Part shown: positions 1 to 10,327 of the stretch, piece by piece | Layout of the letters: each line of letters starts with the position of its first letter | How positions within the stretch are numbered: position 1 is the stretch's first letter | Source of the DNA: an uncultured Chloroflexia bacterium | Lineage (GTDB): Bacteria; Chloroflexota; Dehalococcoidia; DSTF01; WHTK01 | DNA: 64,000 nucleotides | Direction of reading: 5' to 3' | Assembly: GCA_963703905.1 (NCBI GenBank) | Contig: CAVPFY010000006.1 | Span: 264,601-328,600 of the forward strand | Notes under the pieces: model-generated | What the model saw: only the letters and a program-made list of their open reading frames with translations | Databases searched by the model: none | Told to the model about the DNA's origin: nothing | Translations under genes and position numbers: made by a program

Positions 1-496
1 CGGGCTGTAACCCTTTGCGGCTGGAGCCCATCCAGGCCGCCATCAGGGGGATATCCGGGTTGAAGAAGTTCAGCGCCAGCTTACCTCCCGGCGCCAGATG
101 TTTGTGGACGCGGGCCAGGCAGGACTTCTGCTGGGCAACGGTCGCAAGGAGCAGGAACGAGCGCGCGGGAATGTAGACCAGCCCGAAGGTCTCGCCCAGG
201 TCAAAATCAACCATATCGCCCTGGACCAGGCGCAGATTCGCCAGATCGCCTGCCTTGCCATGCGCGACCTCCAGCATCGCAGGCGACTGGTCGAGCCCGA
301 CGACCTGTACGCCCGCCTTCGCGACCGCGATCGCCACGCGGCCGGTGCCGACTGCCAGCTCCAGGACTTTGTGGCCGCCCGCGGCGGCTTCGCGGGCAAG
401 TCGCAGGTAGAAGGCCTGGTCGCCGAGAAAGTCCTCGCCCACTTCGGCGTCGTAGCGCTCGGCGACGCCGCGGTCAAAGTAGTAGTCGTCCTTCAT
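1..496 (-). CDS. class I SAM-dependent methyltransferase (3' end lies beyond window start)
   Basis: Minus frame from ATG 496..494 reads MKDDYYFDRGVAERYDAEVGEDFLGDQAFYLRL..HKVLELAVGTGRVAIAVAKAGVQVVGLDQSPAML..LAPGGKLALNFF. It has the glycine-rich SAM motif LELAVGTG. The frame is open to the window edge, so it is absent from the ORF track. ATGA overlap with the GNAT stop. Confidence 0.8.
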   Translation of the reverse strand, partial: MKDDYYFDRGVAERYDAEVGEDFLGDQAFYLRLAREAAAGGHKVLELAVGTGRVAIAVAKAGVQVVGLDQSPAMLEVAHGKAGDLANLRLVQGDMVDFDLGETFGLVYIPARSFLLLATVAQQKSCLARVHKHLAPGGKLALNFFNPDIPLMAAWMGSSRKGLQP

Positions 497-1046
497 GACC
501 GGCCCTCCGCCTGCCGGGCCCGAAACTCGGCTTCGAGGATTCCCATGACCAGCGTTGCCCAGTACTTGCCCTTGGCGAAGCGGTCATCGCGCAGGCGGCC
601 TTCTTCGACGAACCCCACCTTGCGGTAGCAGGCGATCGCGCGGCCGTTGCGCTCGTCAACGTGCAGGTCGACGCGGTGCAGGTTCATCTCGTCGAAGGCG
701 AAGCGGAGCGAGCGTGGTGATGGCGTCGGCGCCGTAGCCGTGGCTCCAGAACTCCTTGTCGCCGATGACGATGCCGAGAGTCGCCTTGCGGTCATCGGGC
801 GACGACTTCGTGGAAGCCGATGCTGCCGATATGGCGGCCGTCCAGGGTCTCGACGGCGAACTCGACGTTATCGAACGAGAGCGGCTTGCGGACGCGCTGG
901 GCCAGCCACTCCTCCTCGGCCGCCCGCGAAAAGTAGTAGCGCGCGGCCAGGAACTCCTTGACCTCGTCGTCGTTGAGCCACTGGTAATAGCGGTCGCGGT
1001 CTTCGGGTTCGTGGGGCCGAAGGCGGACAAGCTTGCCTTCCAACAT
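493..1046 (-). pseudogene. GNAT family N-acetyltransferase (RimJ/RimL-like), two frameshifts as assembled
   Basis: N-terminus is in ORF 792..1046 (MLEGKLVRLRPHEPEDRDRYYQWLNDDEV). The middle is in the frame of ORF 656..1030 (LGIVIGDKEFWSHGYGADAI). The C-terminus is in ORF 493..795 (FAFDEMNLHRVDLHVDERNGRAIACYRKVGFVEEGRLRDD). Confidence 0.75.
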
Positions 1047-1239
1047 CGCTTCCTCCCGGAAATGAAGAGGCCCTTCTCTGGGAAGGGCCTGCTCAGAGCT
1101 GCTTACGTCTGACGGTTACGGATGCGCAGCGGCAGGCCCTCGACACGAATCGACGATAGTGTGACGCTCGCTGCGCGTCGCGGGCTTTGTCGTGCTCGAA
1201 AGGCCTGCCACAGTCTGGGCAATCTAGCAGCGGCAGGGA

Positions 1240-1327
1240 GAATCGTCAACGGATGGCCGGGACGGGTAAACGGATATGCATCCAGGCGGCCTGCATCCGT
1301 TTATCCGTTCGCATCCGTTGACGATTC
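1240..1327. repeat. nested inverted-repeat element built from AACGGAT/ATCCGTT motifs (copy 1)
   Basis: Outer arms are gaatcgtcaacggatg / catccgttgacgattc (perfect 16 bp). Inner arms are taaacggat / atccgttta. There are two forward AACGGAT and three reverse ATCCGTT motifs. A related copy lies at 51722..51803. Confidence 0.8.
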
Positions 1328-1328
1328 C

Positions 1329-1811
1329 TCAAAGCGGGCGCTTGCACCTGCTGCCGCTGGGGTCGGAGCACGGAATCGAGTGCCAGTAGGCGTCCGGTCC
1401 GCTGGCGTCGGTCCAGGCGGAGCAGCCGGCGTTGTTGCAGGCGCGGACGGCGAAGTGGAAGAGGTCGGCCTTCCACATGTATTCGCCGGTGCCTATCGCA
1501 GGGCCGCAGGTACTCAGGGTGACGCCGTAGCGTACTTCCTCGATGGGACTGCCGCCGTTGAAGCTACTGACCCTGACGTCATAGAAGTTGACGTCGGCGC
1601 CTTCATGCGACCAGCAGAGGAAGACCAGGTTGGGGCCGCCCTGGAAGGCGAAAGTCACGCTAACGTCGCGCGGCGGCGCCGGCGGAGGCTGCTTCGCCTT
1701 TCCCGACGCATCGCCGCCGGCGCGAAAGCCGCTGACGGCGACGACGGCGCCGAGGAATAGCAGGCCGAGGGCGGCGAAGACGGCCAGGGCAATCGAGACA
1801 AGACGCGGCAA
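1329..1811 (-). CDS. membrane-anchored protein with fibronectin type III-like domain (tentative)
   Basis: 160-aa ORF with an N-terminal hydrophobic helix (LVSIALAVFAALGLLFLGAVVAV). A beta-rich domain follows, ending FAVRACNNAGCSAW, a pattern common in FN3 modules. Confidence 0.5.
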   Translation of the reverse strand: MPRLVSIALAVFAALGLLFLGAVVAVSGFRAGGDASGKAKQPPPAPPRDVSVTFAFQGGPNLVFLCWSHEGADVNFYDVRVSSFNGGSPIEEVRYGVTLSTCGPAIGTGEYMWKADLFHFAVRACNNAGCSAWTDASGPDAYWHSIPCSDPSGSRCKRPL

Positions 1812-1909
1812 GGCGCCTCCGGTGGCGGAAGGTATGAGGCGGCAGATAGAGCCAGCTTCAGACTAGGCGCGCGGCGCTAACAGCCATATCAAGGGCCGAC
1901 AGCCAGGCT

Positions 1910-2611
1910 CTAGGAGTCGTACGGCGTCAGGAGACTTCGACGCGTTCGGGCGCGGTGCGCGCCCGGTAGGCCGCTTCGACTGCGCGAGAGCGCCGCCAGG
2001 CCCTTGCGCGTGTCGGAGGCGACGCGGGCGCCGTCGCAGGTCTTGACCCGGTACTTGAACAGCCAGTAGGTGAACTCTTTGAGGTCGCCCAGCTTCAACA
2101 GGTCGGTCGGCGGGAGGCCCCGGTCTTTCTGAAACAGGCCCAGGAGTTCAGCCTGGCTCTTGCCGTAGATGCGCAGGAAGGCGGTGGAGTCGCCGCGGTC
2201 TTCGAAGCTGAAGACGTAGCCATGCTTCTCCTTGGCGACCTCGTCTTCGACGGCCTGCTGCAGCGCCTCTTCGACGGTGACGCCGTAGAGGTAGTTGAGG
2301 TGGGCCTGGTACTTCGGCGTGCCGATCAGGTCCTGGAACTCCTCCTCGTCCATCTCCAGCGGCGGGTGCCCGTGGAAGAGCAGCGCTTCGCGCTCCTCCG
2401 CCGGGACGTCGCCGTCGATCTCGTCCAGGAGGCGTTCGGCGAGCAGGAGCCAGTCGAAGGCTTCGCCGCCGATGAGGTAGCGGTAGCGGCGCTCGTCGAT
2501 GGTCTTCTCGGCCAGGCTCCAGCGGGACATGGAGCGGAGCATGGCGGTGTACCAGTGCTCGCCCTCGGCGATCCTGTCCCGCAGGTAGGCGATGGGGTCC
2601 TCTTCAGTCAC
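1910..2611 (-). CDS. hypothetical protein downstream of secA
   Basis: 233-aa ORF, acidic and helix-rich, with no motif recognised. The Arg/Ser-rich last ~35 aa may be out of frame. Confidence 0.45.
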   Translation of the reverse strand: MTEEDPIAYLRDRIAEGEHWYTAMLRSMSRWSLAEKTIDERRYRYLIGGEAFDWLLLAERLLDEIDGDVPAEEREALLFHGHPPLEMDEEEFQDLIGTPKYQAHLNYLYGVTVEEALQQAVEDEVAKEKHGYVFSFEDRGDSTAFLRIYGKSQAELLGLFQKDRGLPPTDLLKLGDLKEFTYWLFKYRVKTCDGARVASDTRKGLAALSRSRSGLPGAHRARTRRSLLTPYDS

Positions 2612-2677
2612 TTTCTGCGCCCAGCCTCAACGAATGTACGACCTTGGCCCATCTAGCTCAGGACGAGCGCACTCGCG

Positions 2678-5396
<2,719 letters not shown>

Positions 5397-5513
5397 TTAT
5401 GATTTCCAGCCTGCGGCGCCCGGAGAGTCGAGGGCGGGTGCCCCGGGGCGCTCGTATCTATTATGCCGCCTTCCACTGATGATCGACAGCGGGCCGGCTC
5501 TCGATCAGTGGCA

Positions 5514-6065
5514 CTACGCCGGAGGCTCTGTCTCCTCGCCCAATAGGAGCCGCACGAACGTGTGGTTGGAGAGCGCTCCCGGGCGCGCCGCCCGGATCGC
5601 GGCGACGACTTCGGCAGGCTCGGCGCCGAGCTCGCGCATGACCAGGCCCGCGAGCAGGGCGCTGCGGTTGAAGCCCTGGCTGCAGAAGATCAGCACGCGC
5701 TCCGGGGGCTCGTGGCGGTTGCCGTCGACGTGGCTGGCGTCGCCGGTCACGGCCTGGGCGATTTCCTGGGCCAGCGTCCGAATGCGCTCGTAGGTCGAAG
5801 GCACCACCTCCAGGTCTGTGAAAACGCGCGGGATGAAGGCGCCGGCAGCCGCCCGGAAGTCGCGCGGCAACTCGCCGGCGCAGTCGACGAGCCAGGCGCC
5901 CCGCAGATGCGCCATCTCGATGTCGTCGCCGATCGCGGTGTCGGAGCCACCGACCCAGAGCTCGATATCGATGTCATCGCGGTGCGTGATCGGGATTCGC
6001 GTCGCCCGCGGCTCGAAGCGCCTCTGAGGCTGGCCCGGTGGCCGCCAATCGTTGCTGAGCGTCAT
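5514..6065 (-). CDS. Cys-based protein phosphatase (dual-specificity/PTP-like)
   Basis: 183 aa. [15 protein letters not shown] matches the C-X5-R-S phosphatase P-loop. The start overlaps the upstream ORF stop by 4 bp. Confidence 0.6.
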   Translation of the reverse strand: MTLSNDWRPPGQPQRRFEPRATRIPITHRDDIDIELWVGGSDTAIGDDIEMAHLRGAWLVDCAGELPRDFRAAAGAFIPRVFTDLEVVPSTYERIRTLAQEIAQAVTGDASHVDGNRHEPPERVLIFCSQGFNRSALLAGLVMRELGAEPAEVVAAIRAARPGALSNHTFVRLLLGEETEPPA

Positions 6066-6529
6066 TCCGCCGGCCCCACGGCTCTGAGGTATCCCAGGTC
6101 GATCAGGCGCCGCCGCAGCTCCTGGTATTCCTCCCAGGTCATGACGTCCAGCAGGTCATCGGGCGCCCTGGCCAGCACGCTGCCGAGCGTCCAGAGCTCG
6201 GCCTGCATGAGCGCGTACTGGACGTACGGCGACAGGCCAAGGGTGGTGATCTGCCGCGCCGCGTGAAGGTCTCCGGCCTCGCCGAGTTCCGGCCAGGGGT
6301 CGTGGTAGCCGGCGAAGAGAAGCGCGGCCCGCAGCTCGTTCAGGTATTCGGCCGAACCCAGCACTTCGACCATCTCGCGCGGCGACTTGTCGATGACTTT
6401 GGCGACGGTAAAAAGGTCGGCCTTGTAGAGGTGCCAGTAGGTGTGTACGGAGAGTTCGAGCTGCGTGATCATGCGGTTGAGGTCGGGCATGTGAAAGCAG
6501 TCAGCCCTCAGCTTTCGGCTATCAGCCAC
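6062..6529 (-). CDS. protein with two RpoA alpha-CTD-like helix-hairpin-helix domains (tentative)
   Basis: 155 aa. LELSVHTYWHLYKADLFTVAKVIDKSPREMVEVLG and LGLSPYVQYALMQAELWTLGSVLARAPDDLLDV both follow the LELSVR..N.L....I.T...L pattern of the RNA polymerase alpha C-terminal domain. Confidence 0.45.
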   Translation of the reverse strand: MADSRKLRADCFHMPDLNRMITQLELSVHTYWHLYKADLFTVAKVIDKSPREMVEVLGSAEYLNELRAALLFAGYHDPWPELGEAGDLHAARQITTLGLSPYVQYALMQAELWTLGSVLARAPDDLLDVMTWEEYQELRRRLIDLGYLRAVGPAE

Positions 6530-6568
6530 GCGGAAAGGCGACTCGGAGTGAAGCCGGCGCCTTCGCGC

Positions 6569-6823
6569 CTACTTCTTCCAGAACTGCCAGAAGGGGCGCT
6601 TCGGGGCCGCGGCGGCGGGCTCCATCATCGAGGCGCCCTCGCTGTGGTCGTACTCGGCGTCGCGGTCCAGGAAGCCGCGCGGATCGGCGTCGAAGTCACG
6701 CTTGCAGCCCATGCTGCAGAAGTAATAGGTCTCCCCTTCGAACTCGGAGCGGCCCGCTGCCGAAGCTATGGTGATGTCCATGTGGCACACGGGGTCGTGG
6801 ACGGTTGGCGCCTGTGCGGACAT
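6569..6823 (-). CDS. YHS/TRASH-domain metal-binding protein
   Basis: 84 aa. DPVCHMDI...YYFCSMGCKRDF is the YHS-domain Cys pattern. Confidence 0.75.
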   Translation of the reverse strand: MSAQAPTVHDPVCHMDITIASAAGRSEFEGETYYFCSMGCKRDFDADPRGFLDRDAEYDHSEGASMMEPAAAAPKRPFWQFWKK

Positions 6824-6912
6824 GTCTTCTTCCTCCCCCCTATTGAATCAAGGATAAGCGATGGCCCCGACGCGGCTGCGCCCGGGCCATCGCGTTGGGG
6901 CACAGTCCGCCC

Positions 6913-7800
6913 TTACGCCTGCGCCTGCGGCCGCTGGAAGACCACCGGCACGTTAGTTGGCGGTATCGGCGCCTCCATGGCGGCGCTCCAGGCGTCGCCG
7001 TTGAGCTTGCGGAAGCGGTCTTTGGTGGCGGCGTCGGAGAACTTGTTGACGATCTGGGCGTCGTTCATGACGATGCCGGTCCCGGACTCGGGAGTCATGC
7101 CGGCGAGGATGACGGCCGCCTCCACATAGCTGTCCGGTGGCGGCGTGTTGGCGCCGCCGGGGCGCTGGCCGCCGACCTGGCCGGGCGCGCGTCCGAAGAG
7201 CAGGCCCGGCGTCTCGATGCCGCCGACGGGCTTCATGCAGTTGACGGCGATGCCCTGCTGGCGCACTTCGTTAGCCAGGCCCAGCGTCATCGATTCTATC
7301 GCGCGCTTGGTCATGCCGTAGTGGGAGCCACCGCGGTCGGCCGCGACCGAGGAGATGTTGATGATGCTGCCGCTCTTCTGCTCCATCATCTGAGGCAGGG
7401 CGGCGCGGATGGACCAGAACGGCCCGAAGACGTTGACCTTGAACTCCAGGTCCATGTGCCGAAGCTGGATCGTCGAAAGGAAGCCGGGCGGCTGCACCGC
7501 CGCGTTGGTCATGAGGACGTCGATGCGGCCGTACTTGTCGATGACCTGCTTGGTCATGGCCTCGATGCTGGCGTTGTCGGCGACGTTGCAGACGACGGGA
7601 AACGCCTGGCCGCCTGCCTCTTCGACCAGTTTGGCGGTGTGGTAGATCGTGCCCGGAAGCCTCGGGTCCGACTCCTGCTCGGTGCGCGCGGCGATGACGA
7701 CGGTCGCGCCCTCTTTGGCGTAGCCGACGGCGCAATATTGGCCAAGCCCGCGGCTGGCGCCGGTGATGATGCAAACCTTTCCTTTGAGCCTGTCACCCAT
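6913..7800 (-). CDS. SDR family oxidoreductase
   Basis: Start chosen at MGDRLKGKVCIITGASRGLG (TGxxxGxG) with AGGAGG 6 nt upstream. Catalytic YGMTK (YxxxK) is present. The ORF track extends to 7857. Confidence 0.85.
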   Translation of the reverse strand: MGDRLKGKVCIITGASRGLGQYCAVGYAKEGATVVIAARTEQESDPRLPGTIYHTAKLVEEAGGQAFPVVCNVADNASIEAMTKQVIDKYGRIDVLMTNAAVQPPGFLSTIQLRHMDLEFKVNVFGPFWSIRAALPQMMEQKSGSIINISSVAADRGGSHYGMTKRAIESMTLGLANEVRQQGIAVNCMKPVGGIETPGLLFGRAPGQVGGQRPGGANTPPPDSYVEAAVILAGMTPESGTGIVMNDAQIVNKFSDAATKDRFRKLNGDAWSAAMEAPIPPTNVPVVFQRPQAQA

Positions 7801-7885
7801 CTTTGTTCCTCCTGGTTCTAGCGCGCGTAGCGTACGACTGGGAGGAGTGGCGATCAAACAGTGACGTTGGTGTCGGGATCCGGAC

Positions 7886-7962
7886 GTAGCGCCGGCCGCT
7901 TTAGCTGTCGGCCCAGCAATGTAATCGGTGCGACTTCGGGCAGCTAAAGCAGCCGGCGCTAC
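7886..7962. repeat. long hairpin (22-bp arms) between ispH and the SDR gene, possible terminator or REP-like element
   Basis: gtagcgccggccgctttagctg (7886..7907) pairs with cagctaaagcagccggcgctac (7941..7962) with one mismatch. No T-tract follows. Confidence 0.4.
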
Positions 7963-7999
7963 GCCGTGACAGGTTTGCTGCGCGGCGTCCGGGAGGAGC

Positions 8000-8866
8000 C
8001 TACGCGATCACGGCCGCGGCCAGCTCTTCGAGCCTGGCGACGACCTCATCGATCGCGAAGTCGGGGGTGGAGGCGCCGGCGGTGACGCCGACCTTGTCGT
8101 GGCCCTGTAGCCACTCCGGCCTGATCTCATCGGGCCGCTCGATGTGATAAGTCTCGATGCCACAGTCGCGCGAAACGTCGGCCAGGTGGCGCGTGTTGGC
8201 GCTCTCGCGGCCGCCAACGACCACCATGAGGTCGACAACGCCGGCGAGCTCGATGGTCGCGGCCTGCTGGGACGTGGTCGCGTGACAGAGCGTGTTGATG
8301 ACGCGCAGCTCGGAGATGCGCTCCATGTTCGTCTCGAAGAGCTTCTTCACGAAGGAGCTGAAGCGCTGCTCGGTCTCGGTGGTCTGCGAGAGCACACCGA
8401 TGCGCGAGGGAAACTCCGGCGGCAGCGCCCCAGGCTCGTCCTTCGGCTGGACAACCATCACCTTGCCGCCGGCCCAGCCGAGGACGCCGCGCACTTCCTT
8501 GTGGTTGGGGTCTCCGAACACGACCAGGCCGTAGCCTTCGTCGGTGAGCTTCTTCGCCCACTGTTGGGAGCGCGTGACGATCGGGCAGGTGGTGTCGACG
8601 ATTTCGACGCCGGCGCCTTCGAGCTGCTCGATTACGGACGGCCCGACGCCGTGCGCGGTGATCGCGACGGGTTTAGCGCCGGCTTCGCGGACGTCGGTGA
8701 TGACGTGGAGGCCCTCGTCCCGCAGCCGTTCGACGACCTGGGGGTTGTGGACGACAGAGCCGAGGCTGACCATCTCGCCGCGGTCGCGGACGGCCTCTTC
8801 CATCATCTCCACGGCGCGGCGGACGCCAAAGCAGAAGCCCATCTCGCTGGCTCGCAGGACTTGCAT
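8000..8866 (-). CDS. ispH: 4-hydroxy-3-methylbut-2-enyl diphosphate reductase
   Basis: MQVLRASEMGFCFGVRRAV.., the three conserved Cys contexts (GFCFGV, TTCPIV, NTLCHAT), VVGGRESANT. Start taken at the internal ATG 8866, next to the plsC stop. Confidence 0.9.
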   Translation of the reverse strand: MQVLRASEMGFCFGVRRAVEMMEEAVRDRGEMVSLGSVVHNPQVVERLRDEGLHVITDVREAGAKPVAITAHGVGPSVIEQLEGAGVEIVDTTCPIVTRSQQWAKKLTDEGYGLVVFGDPNHKEVRGVLGWAGGKVMVVQPKDEPGALPPEFPSRIGVLSQTTETEQRFSSFVKKLFETNMERISELRVINTLCHATTSQQAATIELAGVVDLMVVVGGRESANTRHLADVSRDCGIETYHIERPDEIRPEWLQGHDKVGVTAGASTPDFAIDEVVARLEELAAAVIA

Positions 8867-8867
8867 G

Positions 8868-9569
8868 CTACTGCTCCTCTGCCGGCGCACCCGCCTCAGC
8901 GGCGACAGTGGCGCCGGCGCCTTCGCTCCCATAATACCCCCGGTACTCATCCGGCAGAAGCTCGGCGATGCGCCGCATGATCAGCTCGGCCCCGGCCTCC
9001 GAGGCCTCGCTGTTCACGCGGGCCGGCTGCTCCAGCGTGAAAGGCTTGCCGATGGTCACCGTGACGTCGGGGCGCCTGAAGACGCGGAGAAACATCTTTG
9101 GCATCGCCAGGCCCTGGCTGCCCGTAATTGCAACGGGCAGGATCGGCGCCTGGTTGCGGAGCGCGATCAGCCCCGCCCCGGGCCAAGCCTTGCCCAGCGT
9201 TGCCCGCTGTCCCGCCCGCGTCCCCTCCGGGAACACCACCAGCGCCAGCCCCGCCTTCAGTGTTTCGTTCGAGCGGCGCAGGGCCGAGAGGTCGGCCTCG
9301 CCGCGACGCACCGGGAAGGCGCCGTAGGCCCGCAGGAATTGCGCGAGGCCTGGTATCCGGAACAGCTCGACCTTGGTCATGAAAACCAGGCGGCGCGGGA
9401 TGCTGGTCGAGAGGATGCCGGGGTCGACGTCGTTGAGGTGGTTCGAAGCCAGCACCAGCGGGCCTTCCCTGGGCACGTTCTCAACACCGTAGACACGGAT
9501 GCGGGCGTACAGCGGCATCACGAACAGGTGCACCGCGTGAGTGATGAACCAGTAGAAGAAAGGGACCAT
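8868..9569 (-). CDS. plsC: 1-acyl-sn-glycerol-3-phosphate acyltransferase
   Basis: 233 aa. HX4D motif NHLNDVDPG and FPEGTR motif. Confidence 0.85.
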   Translation of the reverse strand: MVPFFYWFITHAVHLFVMPLYARIRVYGVENVPREGPLVLASNHLNDVDPGILSTSIPRRLVFMTKVELFRIPGLAQFLRAYGAFPVRRGEADLSALRRSNETLKAGLALVVFPEGTRAGQRATLGKAWPGAGLIALRNQAPILPVAITGSQGLAMPKMFLRVFRRPDVTVTIGKPFTLEQPARVNSEASEAGAELIMRRIAELLPDEYRGYYGSEGAGATVAAEAGAPAEEQ

Positions 9570-10285
9570 TACGCCCTCGCGGCGGCGATCTCCCGCACTC
9601 GCGCGACGACGTCTTCGAGCGAGAGGTTGTCGGTGTGGACGACAATCGCATCGACGGCGGGGCGCAGGGGCGAGGCGTGCCGGCTTTTGTCCATCTCGTC
9701 CCGCCTCTCCAGCTCATCGCGGATTTCCGCGAATGGCCGTTCGTTTCCGGCCTCCTTGAGCTCCAGATAACGCCGGCGCGCGCGTTCGTCCGCGGAGGCG
9801 TCCAGGTAAATCTTAACGGGCGCGTCCGGCAGCACCACGGTGCCGATATCGCGCCCAAGCATAATGATCTTGCCCTCGGCCGCGAGCGCGCGCTGTCGTT
9901 CGACCATCGCCTCGCGGACGCCGGCGATCCGCGAGACATTGGACACGCCGCGGTCGACCTCGGGGGTTCGAAGCTGCCTGGTGATGTCCTCGCCAGCGGC
10001 CCTGATCGTCGCGATGTCCTCATCGGTTGGCTGGCCGAGCTCGAACTCGGCCCGCCGGGCGAGGTCGACCAATCCGGCCTCATCGTCGAGGTCGATTCCC
10101 TCCTTGAGGGCCAGGTAGGTGAGGGCGCGGTACATCATCCCCGTATCGACCAGCCGGTAGCCCCATTCGCGCGCCAGGCGCAGGCCAACCGCGGTCTTGC
10201 CGGAGGCGACAGGCCCGTCGATTGCGATAAGGCCCGCTACCGCGGGCCTCTGGTCGCCGGTTACTGGTAATGAATTGTTGGTCAA
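9569..10285 (-). CDS. cmk: cytidylate kinase
   Basis: 238 aa. IAIDGPVASGKT P-loop, LVDTGMMYRALT. 1-bp overlap with the plsC start. Confidence 0.9.
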   Translation of the reverse strand: MTNNSLPVTGDQRPAVAGLIAIDGPVASGKTAVGLRLAREWGYRLVDTGMMYRALTYLALKEGIDLDDEAGLVDLARRAEFELGQPTDEDIATIRAAGEDITRQLRTPEVDRGVSNVSRIAGVREAMVERQRALAAEGKIIMLGRDIGTVVLPDAPVKIYLDASADERARRRYLELKEAGNERPFAEIRDELERRDEMDKSRHASPLRPAVDAIVVHTDNLSLEDVVARVREIAAARA

Positions 10286-10327
10286 CGCATGAGAATTATA
10301 GAAAGGCGCACCCGCAGGGAACAGCGC

